Assembly: GCA_029717555.1 (NCBI GenBank)
Contig: JAMDHS010000005.1
Span: forward strand, 1-64,000
Length of the DNA: 64,000 nt
Source: Peribolospora baueri
Lineage: Eukaryota
Reading direction: 5' to 3'
Part shown: piece by piece, positions 1 to 12,514 of the stretch
Layout of the letters: each line of letters begins with the position of its first letter
Numbering within the stretch: the stretch's first letter is position 1
The notes under the pieces: model-generated
The model's database searches: none
Seen by the model: the letters and a program-made list of their open reading frames with translations, nothing else
Told to the model about the DNA's origin: nothing
Made by a program: the position numbers and the translations under genes

Positions 1-34
<34 letters not shown>
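1..34. repeat. Poly-T homopolymer (34 nt) at the window edge
   Basis: Uninterrupted run of T from base 1 to 34; it may continue outside the window. Confidence 0.95.
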
Positions 35-726
35 CATTTCGGCAGTCCTCGTCGGCGGAAAAACAAGCTCAAGGAATACGAGAAACACGCTTGGAAGCGG
101 TTCGAGTAGTTCGCGTCTGTCGCCACCGTTCCCTTTCCTTCCCCCCTGCCGCCGTGGTCTTTTTCTCGAATCTAGCCATGCACCCCCTTTTTTTCGAGAG
201 CCATCTCTGTTCGCAACGCCAGACCGATTCGACCGGACAGGACAGGTGCGCGTGCGTGATTTGAATTGTTTTTGAGCATATGCTAGTTTGTAGACGACTA
301 AGTAAGGACAAAAGGCGGAAGGAAGCAAACAAAGAAAATGGAGCGTGCCGTAGAGCTTTGTCGTCGGCGCCTTCGTAACTATCATTACACTCATCCTTGT
401 TGTTTTTTTCGTCGTCGGTGCGCCGGGGCTTGGTCGCGTCGAGTCGGGACGTGTGTCGGAGCCGGATGTGGATGTGGTGGTGGTCGAAAGAGAGATGATG
501 ATGGCCATGGTAGGAGTGCGCCTTCCGCTGATGCATACGTAGTCGGTCGAGTTGTAAGTCATACGTCACCCTGACGGATTGATCCGACGGAGACCATGCG
601 GGGTGTCCGACCGACGGACCGGCCGACCGGCAGACCGAACCGCCGGCGAAAAAAGAAAAAAGAAAGAGGACGCTACCGTCGTCTGCCAAATCTCCTCCCC
701 GCCGCGCCCACGATCCATTCAGGGCC

Positions 727-3700
727 TTAGTCGAGCTTGCGCAGCTTCCTCGAGCCCGTCTCCACGTCGCCCCCGTCGGGGGAGGAGAGATGGACGTCGT
801 CGCTGTCGGTAGATGTGCTCCCGCTCCCGTGCGCCTTGGTCGGCGTCGGCGTCGGCGTCTGACTCTGAGAGCGCGGTGTCGCCGCCGCCGTCGCCATCGT
901 TGAACTGGCGTCCTCCTCCTCGAGCTCGGCTCCGGGCGTCGCCGGCACCTCGTCGACGACTTCTTGTCCGAGATCGGCGAGCGAGTCCGGGCGAGCCTTG
1001 CGCTTCTTGGCGCCGCTCGGGCTGCCGATGCTCATGGCTTCGGCATCCATGTTGTCGACCTGGCTGTCGGGCGCAACTTCGCACCAGGACCCGAGGTCGC
1101 TCCAGGATCCAGGTGCAGGTGCGACGCCGCCCAAGGCCGCGGGTTGGTGAAGGTGGTCGGCGAGACTGCCGGTCAGGCCGAAACTGCCGTCGTGCTGGCT
1201 ACTAAAGTCGCGCCTGGCTATCGGCTCGGCGTCGTCAAGGCCAAGGCCAAGACTCCCCTGGCCCTGGGAAATTCCATTGGGCTGCGACAAGGAGCCTGCC
1301 AGCGGACGGTCGATTTCAAGGCTCCCCTCGGGAGATCTGCTGGGCTGCGACAAGGATCCGTGGAAGCTGCTTCCGGCGGCTGTCGCCTTGCCGCGTTCGC
1401 GGACGGCCTCGAACACGCTCTTCTCACGCTGCTGAGCGGCCGCGCGCACTTTGATCGCCTCGGCCTCGACGGCCCTTTCCCTCTCCTCCTCTTCCTCTCC
1501 GCTGGCCACCTTCTCCCCGTCCCCGTCGTCCCCTTCTTCTTCGCCGCCGTTGGCGCCGAGTTCGAGGCGGCTGAGCTCACCAGAGACGATGCTGTGGAAT
1601 TCTTCCTCGCCGTCCGTTCCCCGGTGATCCTCGCCGGTGGACGCTTCTAGGGGCCGTTCGACTCCGTTAGCGGGAGGAGCGTCACCATCCTGGCGGGCCG
1701 TGAAGTCAGAGGGGTGTCGGTCCGTTTCCATCGGGGCATCGACGACCACGCCGTTCGCCTGAGCAGGTCGCACGGTCATGTGGTTCATCATGTGATCCAC
1801 GCTCAGTTCCTCTCCGGGGAGGACGTACGTCCTGGGCACCGACAACCGGAAGCCGGTCCTGCGGCGCTGCTCGCGCTGCTGACTGGACGAGTGCGTGTTC
1901 TCCGAGAGAGAGCTGCTGAACGATTCGGAGAACTCGGCGAGCCAAGGGTGGTTGAGGGCGTCGGTGACGGACATGCGCTGGCAGGGGTCGACCGTCAAGA
2001 GCTTGCTGATAAAGTCCTTGCCTGCAAGGCGAGGAGGGCAGGTGAAGAGGGTAAGTGCCGTGAGTCCGACGCGGCGGTGAGATGGATGGAGGCTACTCAC
2101 CGCAATCGCTCACGTCGCGCCCGTTGAGGATTTCCCAGTCCACATTCCTGGCCAAGATTCTCTCGCGGATAGGGGCCTCCTCATCTTCCTCGAACGGACT
2201 GGTATTGCAAAGCATCGCAAAGACGATCACGCCCAGACTCCACGAGTCGACCTTGAGAGAGTAGACCGTCTCTTCTGTGTCTGCGACGACCTCCGGGGCG
2301 AGGTAGGAGGGCGTGCCGCACATCGTCTTGAGCCACGTCATGCTCGAGACGGCCTTGGCGAGGCCAAAGTCGGTCACTTTGACCCGTGGGTCGAGACCTC
2401 GAGTAATAAGCAAGTTCTGAAAGAAAAGACGGAGGATATGAGTTCTTCGTGACTGCGAGATCCGGTCGCAACCAACTTTGGCCTACCTCAGGTTTAAGAT
2501 CTCGGTGAACAATGTCCTTGGAATGGCAAAAGGCGACGGCTTGGCACAGCATGCGCGTGATGGTGATCGTCTCGGCCTCGTCGAGGCCGCCCTTGTGAAG
2601 GATATAGTCGAGCAGGTCGCCTCCGTCGACGTACTCGATGACAATGTAAATATATGCATCGTCCTCGAAGTAGTCAATGTAGCGGACGATGTTGGTCTGC
2701 TCAGCGTAACGAGGAAGACGGGGGATGCAGCGCGATGAGGAAGACAGGGGATGAGATGAGCGCGTGAAACGCCTACACCTGCTGTAGAACGGGCCTTGAA
2801 CGGATATGCGACAAAGGAACTCACATGATCAAGTTGTTGTAGGATGTCCACCTCTCTTTGGAGATTCTTCAGAGTCCTCGGGTTCTTGACAAACTTGAAT
2901 TTTGGGACCACCTTGACAGCGACCTCTTCCCCAGTGTCGCGATGATAAGCCTTGTACACGGTCGCGAACGAGCCCTTGCCGAGCGCCTCGCGGAGATCGT
3001 ATTGCCTGTACAGACCTCCGCCTGCGGCCTGGTATGATTCGCGACGAGGAAGCACGCGGGAGATTAGAGGATTTGTCGACGGCCGGCGCAATAAATCCCG
3101 AGACCCGCTTACAGCATCTGAAGACTGCTTGTCGTCCAGCATGTTGTAATACGTGTACGCTAAGAGCGGTTATATTGTAGAGCGGCAAGTGCTCGTTAGC
3201 CAAGGGATTCGGGCGAGAGAGCCCAACAAAGACGAGCTTGTCGAATCGCGCAACCCACTAAAGTTGTTCTCCGTGTCGCCGAAAGACGCCCGCGGGCCGA
3301 AGCTGATCTGGTCACGATGCAGGAGGGGCGCCCTCTCGCCCTTGCGGAGCAGCCGATTCTGCAGAAAGAAAGAGGACGGTAGCGACACCGACTTTGTCAG
3401 TTCAGGCGTGTCCTATCTTAGCGAGAGAAACGGCGCGAGAGGGAGCCACGTACCGCAACCCAGGTACCGTTCGAGCTGAGACATCAAGTACGCGAGCAGA
3501 AGAGGTGGTTGCAACGAAAGGTTAATGCGGCGTCGACGAAGATGTCCGCTCATGCATTCCTGCATGTGCGCCTTGTGTGACTCACCTGCAATCCTCGACG
3601 ATGACCACGACAGACCGTCCGGGTTGTACGGTGCCTCCACTTCCGGCGCGAGTGAGAGTGGCGTGGTGGTTGGACACTCTCTTTCCGCTGAGCACTAGGT

Positions 3701-4258
3701 CGTTGGTGGCTGTCAGTGGGATGTGGGAAGCAAGTGACAAGGATGGTGAACAAGATTCCGAGCGTCGACGTGACGGACGGCAAGCTGGAGACGGCATGAA
3801 AACTCACTGGGGTTCCTGCCGACTTTGGTGAGCACCCGGTCGCCTTCGAAGAGGAAAGGAGGATTGGCGTGGTTGACGGGGCTGAGCATGCCCCAGACCG
3901 AGCTGGCCCCGTTCTGCAAGCGCCCCTGCGACTCGGCATTGGCGCCTTGGGTCTGAGTCTGGGTCTGGGTCTGTGTCTGATCGTCGGTGTCGTCCGCGAT
4001 GGTATCCTCGACGACGTAGGGGTTACGATCGAGGTCCGGAGAGGAGTGGCCGTTCCCATTGTCTTCGACGGGCCGGGTGATCATGTCGTCCTGGGATGCG
4101 GAGGAGGAGGAAGGGGTGGTAGAAGCGTTGGACGAAGGGGTGGAAGAAGCGTTGAGGTGCTTGGTGAGCGCGCTAGTGCCGTCGTCCAAGGGGATGATGG
4201 TCTGCGAGAGGTAGAGGCGGGACGGAAGAGGCGTAAGGTCGAAAAGGAGAAGCGACAT
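727..4258 (-). CDS. Chk2/Cds1/Dun1-type checkpoint Ser/Thr kinase (SQ/TQ cluster, FHA, kinase domain, long acidic tail); multi-exon
   Basis: Spliced product has a TQTQTQTQTQ cluster, FHA motifs (VWGML..KVGRNP; SGKRVSNHHA; SNGT; LLHRDQISFG) and kinase motifs LGKGSFATV, VAVKVV, HRDLKPEN, DFGLAK, TMCGTPSYLAPE, DSWSLGV and LNHPWL. The start could be the ATG at 4258 or the in-frame ATG at 4084. Confidence 0.9.
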
Positions 4259-4775
4259 GGTGGGCGAGAAGAGAAACGCAGGGACCGGTCAACGAAAGGT
4301 TAGTGGGTCAGTGCGGGGGACGACAAAGGGAGGGCGAGAGTGGTCGTGGTATTTATGCACTGTTCCTCACAGGGACGGCCGTGGCCAGCGGAAGGCCGAG
4401 CGACGGGAAGGACCCGGTGGTCTGTCAAGCAGTGATAAGGCTGCGGGTCATACAGATGACCACGGGAGCTGGTCCAGGCGGCCGGCGGGGTGTCTAGAGC
4501 GAGCGGACGAGGGTGACAATCAAGCTTGTGGAGGGAGACAATGATTGGGTGGTGGTGTGGGAGCGTGGAGGGCGGTTGGTTGGGCAGGCGATGGGCGATG
4601 TTTGACGAGGGAGTTGTTTGGCAAGCGAGCGGACGGAGTGATGGAGGTCGGATGATGGATGGTGACGACGACCCGGATCGGCGATGACGCTGCGCTGCCT
4701 CCGACTTAGTTCTCTTCCTGCCCGCGCACGACGACGACGAAGACGAGGTGCATAGATCTCAACCCAAATCACAAC

Positions 4776-5276
4776 ACGCGTCGCGCCGGGCTAACCCAGT
4801 AGTAGTATACTGTAATACATACTATAGTACTCCAATAGTCCGGGCCGCGCCCCGAGTCTCGACGCGTCGCAGATCGCGTAAATGAACCCGGAGCGTTTCC
4901 CTATCCCACAACGCCAACGGCGAGAGCGACGGCGACGAGCGACGAGCAGGCGCGGTAGGAAACGCGAATCCAGTAGAGTCGAGTCGAACGACGTCCCAGT
5001 CCACTCCCTAGCACAGTGCGAGCCGCAAGGGTGAGGGGATGTTTGTCACGGCGGCTGGTCACACATGTTTCTCTCACTGCCGCATTAAGGACGGAGGGAC
5101 GGGTGTAGCTTAGCGGGAGAGCGGGCACGTCTGCCAAACACGACAGACAAGCAGTCCCTCACATGCATCCTCGGCTCCCTCTTCTCCTCGTCCGACGCCC
5201 AGTTGGCCTCGGCCTTTCCTATCTCCGCCGCTCGTCGCCGACACTGTACCGCCGCCCAAACAGGTCACGCGTGACC
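4776..5276. promoter_or_regulatory. Cluster of MCB-like (ACGCGT) elements upstream of the checkpoint kinase
   Basis: ACGCGT at 4776-4781, 4862-4867 and 5267-5272 (the last inside the 14-bp palindrome GGTCACGCGTGACC, 5263-5276), with an AT-rich TATA-like tract at about 4797-4840. Confidence 0.45.
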
Positions 5277-5782
5277 CGTGCCAATCACCGTCTTGACAAA
5301 CAGACGACAAACAGCGGTCGGTGGGCGAGGCGACACGACTCGTCTCCCACGCTCGCCTCATCCTCGCCCAAGCCCAAAACCATTTTCCTCCTTTATTTAA
5401 TTTTTTTTTTTTACTCGTTAGAGAACCACGTCAGACTCGCTTCCCACCCCTTCCAACCGTCACCTCCTTCTCTCCCTCCGCCCCGATCCGATCCGACACG
5501 CCCCGCCCGCCCCGCCCGCCCCGCGTCCATGCATCCATCCGTGTAGCGTACCGTCAGCCACCGTCATCCCAGCCGGCCCGGGGAACGGCATCACAGAGGA
5601 CGCGAAGCGAAGCGACTTGGGAGAAGAAGAAAAGGCGTTTGATCGCATGCTAATGAGAGACACATAAACAGAACAGAACGGGCAGTTCAACTCTGCTCGT
5701 ATCGAGACAAGACAAACGCGTCTTCTATTCACGTCCCCCTCACCGCCAAATTGCATCGGTGCCAACCACCCCCACTCCCCGC

Positions 5783-8239
5783 TCACAAGCGCACCCGAAT
5801 GCCCCTCCTGGCCAGCTCGCACGCGCCGCCCACGACGGCCAACGTATACGCCGACAGGACGACCATGGCCATCGTCTCTGAGGCGTACATCGTCCTCATC
5901 GTCACGTTTACCACTCCCGTCATGAGGTTCGCCTTTCCCGCCAAGGGAGAAGCCGTCAGTGAAATCACCCGAAGTGAAAGCACGACTTCCGCATGAACGG
6001 AAACACGGCTCACCAGAAGGAATACCAAGAACGCGTTGCGGTTGATCGCCTCCAAGATCCAAGGGCTCCTTGGGTCTCCAGCCGATGATCCGCCTTTGCC
6101 CCCCGTCGCGCCCCCGTCGTTCCCGCGTGTTGCCGCACCGTCGCCTCCCCTGCCGGTAGCCGCCTCGTCCTCGTCCTCGTCCCTCGTGCGCCTCAGCAAG
6201 GCAACATACACGAGCACGTAGCCGAGAAGAAAGGTCGTATTGAACGCGGTCACCCAAAGCGTGTAAGGCAGGTTGGCCAACCGACGACTGACCGCCGCTC
6301 CCCCGAGCGTCGTCAAGCAGTAAAAGCCCGTCCACCACAGAACGGCAAAGCTGGCGAGCACCATGGCTAGCTTGTCCGGCTTGGGACGTCGACGAGACCG
6401 GCTCGGCCGGCGGTAGGCCGCATAGGGGTCTGGCGGCAGGACGTAGTGGCCTAGATCGAGGGCGAGAAGGTACAAGGAGAGATAGCCTGTTCAAGGGTAG
6501 ATAAAGACGACATGGAGCGAGCGATATTTAAGAAGCGATCGTCTCGCAATCACGACGAACAGACAACCAGTGAAAGCCATACCTGGGAAGCTGACCAGCC
6601 CTTCCTTGTTCTGTCCTATCAGGCCCTCCCGTGTGGTATCCAGGACCCAGTCTTGCAAAGGCATCAACGAGAGTAGCGATTGGTGCACTGACAGAGAACA
6701 GGTAGAAGATAGCGGATTGGTCTCCTGTTTTCCGTCGCCGTCGAACCCCACGAACCAGCGGCCTCGACTCACTGACGCCCATGATTAGTCCGAGTGTCGA
6801 AAAGCGCATGTACTGAGATGTCGGCCTGAGCAGGGTCGCAAATATGGGTAGCAGTCCGAGAGTGAAAAAGAAATTCCAATGTACGCCATACTCCGTGACG
6901 TGCTCCTGTGAACAGTGAAACACCTTCAGTCAGCGTGAACAAGGCCGCCGACATAGACCCTCCCTCGGCGGACGCTCACGGGATACTCCGTCCCCTTCAC
7001 CATAAGAACCCGAACGGCCCCCAATGCGAAAAGAGACAGACTCCGTTGGACGTCCTCACGCAGCTGAACAGCTATCGACGGTCGGAGATGGCGCGGGTAT
7101 CGCAAAAAGGGGAGAGCCGAAACGATGCCGAGAGAAAAGACAAAGGAGCCCACGCCGAGATCCATCTATTGGAGGGCAAGGACCGGAGGCGAATGCGACG
7201 ACGAGCAAAACCAGCGCGTCAGTACACTCGGGCCGACGAAACCGGAGCGAAGCGGGGGACCGCATGAAACCCCCCATCTCACCAACGACGTTCCCCAAGT
7301 CTCGCACTTGGCGAAGCTCCTAGGAAAAACGGTAAAGTCGACGGCGAGAATGCATATGACGGTCATGAGCATCATGTGTGCTCTGTACACGGTGAGGAAC
7401 GGCTGGGCCGGGAACCGCGCCGGCACGACTCGGACGCGAGTTGCATTCGCCGCTCCAGTTCCTCCCGAGTACGCGTTGTCTTTGGGAGGGTCTGCGTTGG
7501 GCTCTCCTTCTCTGAAGATGAAGACGGAGGGGGACCGGCTACGTCGTGGAGAGGACATCGTTGGCGTAATGCCACCGTGCCCTTCAGGCTCGACGAGCGC
7601 AGGAGCGCCGTTACCACCGGAACGCAGCGAGCCGGAGGAGGAGCTAGACACCATTCCCCCATCGCCGTCGTCACGATGGAGGCTATCCACGCTGACCCGG
7701 ATCTCGTCGTCCGATTCGTCCTTGGACAAGTGTCTCCTGTGCCCTTTTCTCTGCTGATGCGTCTTCGGAGGTGAAGGTACCGGCCATCGCACAATAACGA
7801 GGCCAATTAGAAGAAGCACAAAGGCATTAAGCAAGAGAGGATGAGAAGCCAAAATGGTGTTGGCAAGAAGAAGGGGTATGACCAGGGTGCCGAATTGAAC
7901 GGCCAGGTCAGAGAAGGGAGGAGCCGCGCTGCAGGATGCCGATCTCCTCCCTCTTCGCTCGGTCCGGCGGATGGCCACTTGGCGGACATGGTATACTGAC
8001 CAGAGGGCATACGTGGTCTGCGGAATACGTATAAGCAGCAAAAAATGCGATGACTTGATGAGAGTCCGTCACCTGGCGTCACCTGGCGCCCATGACTAAA
8101 AGCTTGGGCGGCGAGACGTACTCACCAGCGCGGTCAGGCTGACCTTGTTGATGTCCCACACAGAGGTGCCCATTCCGTCCGAGACAAAAGCCTCCTTAGC
8201 GGCCTTGTACGGCGTCGAGAAGGAGCCTGTCCCGGCCAT
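5783..8239 (-). CDS. GWT1: GPI inositol acyltransferase (Gwt1/PIG-W); multi-exon
   Basis: [10 protein letters not shown] near the N-terminus; [110 protein letters not shown] at 8239, stop at 5783-5785. Confidence 0.95.
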
Positions 8240-8437
8240 GGTCAATCTCCGGAGGGAACTCGGAGTGGAACGTAGGCTGCCTCCGTCTTGGTCGTCATCG
8301 GAAGCCTGTGCGTGGACCGACCGCGAACAACTTCAGCCGTCGGTCGGTCTCCACGTTTTGCTGCGGCGGCCCGTGCTTCTCCCTCACAAAACGCAGCCCA
8401 CTCCGCCCTCGCTAAGACCTCCCCTTCATCGCCAGTC

Positions 8438-9289
8438 ATGTCCAACCAACCAGTGCCGCGTATCGACCCGACCGACCCGCGCAGGCCTCAGGAGGTCGTC
8501 CTCTTCTCGATGCCCAAGCAGTGGAAGGAGGAGGCCGACCTGGACTACTACTCCCTCGCGCTCTCTAGCACGATGGTCATCAGCGGAGCTGCTATGATCA
8601 CGAGGCGAACGTGAGTTGTCGCTGATAGAATGACTTTGGACACAGGGTGGATAAGGAGGGGGAGGGAATAAGGGCGTGGTTCCGGGAGGCGATGGCCGCT
8701 ACGAGTCAGCGCTTATATGAGCGCAAAGTCAAACGGCTTTTCTGACCCCGGTTGAAGGTGGAGGAGGCTGTGCTATCTTTCGCAAATCTGTGTGTCCAAG
8801 CCGGTCGTGCCGACGAGGAACGTTCGATATCGAATGATTACCATCTTAATCACTTACCTCCCCCTCCTCATCTTGCTTCCCCATCCGCCGCTATCTTGCA
8901 GACCCGTCGCCTTCCTCGCACTCATCGTCGCCATCGCAAACGTGATCAACAGCAGACCCATTCGCGCTTCTGACAGCACGAACTCCCCGTGGAGCTCGCT
9001 TATGTGCGTGCATGCGAAGACTATGACGAATTCGTGACGACCACTATGCCCATTTGCGGTTCCTCTCCTGATCGATTTGCGTGTGTCCCTCCCGTCCTTC
9101 ACAGCTTCGCGATCGCCTCCGTCACTACCCTCATCATGCCCAAGGTAAGCGAGCCCGTCGAATTGGACGGCAAACGGTCGGCTCACTGAATTGTGTCGCC
9201 CTTGGACGCCTCGTAAAATGTAGACGATCGACCAAGCTGCGATGAGGGCGTCTCAAACAGGCGCACAAGCTCCTCTTCCGACCACCTGA
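8438..9289 (+). CDS. Asterix / WDR83OS (PAT complex subunit)-like small membrane protein; 4 exons
   Basis: Joined exons give MSNQPVPRIDPTDPRRPQEVV...DYYSLALSSTMVISGAAMITRRTPVAFLALIVAIANVINSR...WSSLIFAIASVTTLIMPK...; the DPRRP motif and three short hydrophobic helices match Asterix. Clean GT-AG introns (the first is 8611-8901); stop at 9287-9289. Confidence 0.75.
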
Positions 9290-9460
9290 AGCGGCGCTGC
9301 CCCCATTCTCTCTCTCCGTGTCGGATCCTTCGTCGGCGTGAAAATTAAGGACAACATCATTTACATGGGGGCGAACGAGAACGTCAGTGACGCGTGATAC
9401 TGCGATGCTATCATACCGTGCGGTGATAAAGGATGGGCACGAAATTCTCCGTCTGTCTCG

Positions 9461-11454
9461 TCAATCGAATGGTATCCTTCTGATCGCCCCGCTCACCCCG
9501 GCGCCGGGCACTCCGGCCACCTTGGAGCCAAGTTTCTCCTTCTCCTTCTCCGCCTCTGCGGCAGCGAAAGCGCTCGGGATGGGAATGCCACAGCAATCTC
9601 CCCACCCTGCCGCCTGTCCCTCACCCGTGCCATGTACGTACGCGGGCGCCCCAGGAGCGTGGACGTGGCCGTGGGCGTCCTCGATCGAGCCCGCCAGCGC
9701 CGCTCGGTCAGCGGCTTCTTCCTCTGGAGAAGAGGCGTCGGGAAAGGGAAGGAGAGAGCCGAAGAAGAAGTGTTGGGCGATGGGAAGCTTATCGAGCACC
9801 TCTGCGCGGTACATTTTGATCATTCCTTCGTTCACTTTAGCCCACGTCTTGACCTTCAGTCGATTTTGCGCGAAAGAGAGGGATTGGCCCGACGATAAGG
9901 AACGGGACCGGAGGCTCTGAGAACTCGTTGCGTCAGGAACGGTGCTCACCCCCGAGATATCGTCCAGCATGGGAGAATGCCACCGCAATGACGCCGTCTT
10001 AATCTATCGAAAGAGAACGCAGCGGAGGTTGAGTGATTCTTTCAGCGCGGAATACTATCAAATACCAGCTTCTCACGACTCACCGAATTGATGAACTTGA
10101 TGCAGGCGAGGTACATGTAGTCCTTCGAAAACTCGTCCACAATCTCGCTATCGTGAATTGATTTTGGTCGTAGGTACTTGTGGCCTGGTCGAGGAGCAGC
10201 CAAGTAGGACAGACTGAGTCAGGTCTGGAAAAGGCTCGGGCACAGGTTCGACCTCACTCACTTTTCAGCTGCGCAGCGCCAAACAAAAACGGCAAGAAGT
10301 GATAATCGTCCAACCCCCAAACGCCGTGAGAGCCTGCTGGCTCAAGCCAATAAGTGGACTGAAGTACGCGCATGACTTGAACGTATCTTTCCGAAGGAAA
10401 GACAGAAAAGCAGTTCGAGTATGAGCTTCTCAGGGGTCGCTTTCGAACTGCAAGGCACAGCAACGCGTGCTTACCGCCAGAAAACACGAAGAACCAGGGC
10501 GGGGTAGTCAACAGACCTGAAAATTCCCAGTTTCTGCAAGCAAAACCTATCAAAGAAAGAGAACAAAGTAGCTCAACGGATCAGCACGTTGACTCAAGAA
10601 CCCAACCCGATTCAGACAACAGCCACACCGAAGTCAGACAGGCAGAAGCTCACAGCCAGCAAAGGAAGTTGAGCTCCATTCCGCTTCCGTAGTCTATCCG
10701 AGTGGCGTTTCCCCACGACTCGGAAAAGTATGTCTCCAGCTCCGGTATTGCCGCAGGAGTCAGGTTAGGGATGCGAGAGTGGAGAGACGACGTTTGCTGA
10801 CCGTCATCAAAGGCAAACAAGCGAAATCAACGAATGATCCCTCGCTGGTCAGGAGGCTTTTAAAAATTCAAAAGGCACCTCAAGGAATAACAAGAAGGCA
10901 GCCAATAGCAGACCTGACACCCAAACTCACCTCCTTCATCTTCTCGTAAAACGTCCTGAAAGCGGGGTTGCCGAACCGGCTTGCGACATTCTCCACTGGC
11001 GGCGTAGCCTTTGCAATGTCTTCCACCTCGTCCAGAACCTTCAGGACAGCTTTGACGGCCTTTTAGAATTGCGTGAAGCGAGGAAGAAGCAATAGAAGGT
11101 GATCAGGCTACGGCTGCTCAAAGAAAGAAGGAAGGGACCAATGGAGCTATGTACACTCACCTCCCCTTCTTCAACCTCGTCGGTGAGCTTCTTTCCAACA
11201 ACCTGCTGGTTCAGAGCCTCAATGAAACCCATGACAGCAAAATACGCCTGAGATTTCTGGAAGCGTTCGAGGTGTGCTTGAGAGACGACGCGCTTGACCG
11301 GTGGAATGAAGGAGCTCGCATTGGCGGATGAGGGCGCGGGGGCGGGGGAAGATGGAGCCGCGGAGGTGGCTTTGGCAGCGGTCGCACCCTGCTGGTCTCC
11401 GTTCAAGGTAAGGTCCTTGGATGTCGAGGGCGTTGTTGGGGAGACTGTTGTCAT
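9461..11454 (-). CDS. RRD2: PP2A phosphatase activator (PTPA family, Rrd2/Ypa2-like); multi-exon
   Basis: [96 protein letters not shown]. Confidence 0.93.
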
Positions 11455-12514
11455 GATGGATAGGCAAACCTGCACGACCGGGGCGTTTCGAGATGCGTAG
11501 TAGGATGGACGACGGACGAGCTGTGGACGATTGGCGGATGAACGCCGGCTGATCGGCTGCGGCGCGGGCAACGCGAGCGCGTAACCGATCTGAGATCTTC
11601 TTGCTGCCACTCCAGTTCCAACGCGGACACCATCCACTCGCCTCGCCAGCCGGACCTCGCGTGCCTTCTCTGCTTCATATTTGCTTACGCTCCTCACCCC
11701 ACTTTGCCCCGACGCTCTCTTGGTGCCCTTTGTTTTTGTTTAGTTTTATTTCCTTTGCTTCTGCCGACGCTGATCAGATAACTTCCTCCCGCGCGAGCGT
11801 CACAGCAATCACACCAGTATGAATATGAATGTTCTACACCGTGTTATACGCACGTATGTCTTGTGACATACTAAGACGGCCTGCAGGATTGTGGAAGAAG
11901 CTGGAAACACGTGAGCAACGGTGAATCGGTAGCCCTACCCCGCTATAGGTTTGGGAGGTCCGCCCGCAGGTTTGGTGTAAGGACCCGGAGCTTGTATACA
12001 AACGTAGATATAGATTATCACTGGAAGCATGTTGCCATCGCACGCTCCCTTCCACCCTGGATACTCGCCCCAGCGCACCAAGAGATCATACATGGCCGGC
12101 GAGGCCTCAATGACTTCAACTGGACCTCCCTCCTTCCCTCCAGTGATTTGGAGGCGATGCATAGCGCAGGACGGAGGTGTTCTCAAATGGAACCTTGCAA
12201 GGTGATGATAAGGGAATTCCCGTGTAGGAGCGCGCAGTAGACTCGTGGCTTATGAAAGATGGAAGGTATAGGAAGCGCAAGATGTATGAAGGTGGAAGTC
12301 AAAGCTAGGCAGATGCTGACGGCCACCTTCCGACGGTTCCATGTCCTCCTGTAGTATAATACGACGCGACGCGAACGCCGGCGTTCTTCTGATCGGTGAG
12401 CGCGACCTGGGCGGTACTGGGAGCGGAGTAGGGTTACACCATCACGGAGGCCATCATCAACCTTTTGTTCGCGTCAAACCTTGTTCGTGTATCTCGCCCT
12501 CGTCCACCGACACC

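Noticed and set aside
69..689. 206-aa minus-strand ORF downstream of the kinase, and poly-T as a possible retro-element or mRNA tail
   Set aside because: No recognisable domain and composition like a 3'UTR with A/T runs. The poly-T is cut by the window edge, so a target-site duplication cannot be assessed.
11700..12340. Longer spacer between RRD2 and RAE1 as an ncRNA or mobile element
   Set aside because: No terminal repeats, recognisable RNA motifs or credible ORF seen.
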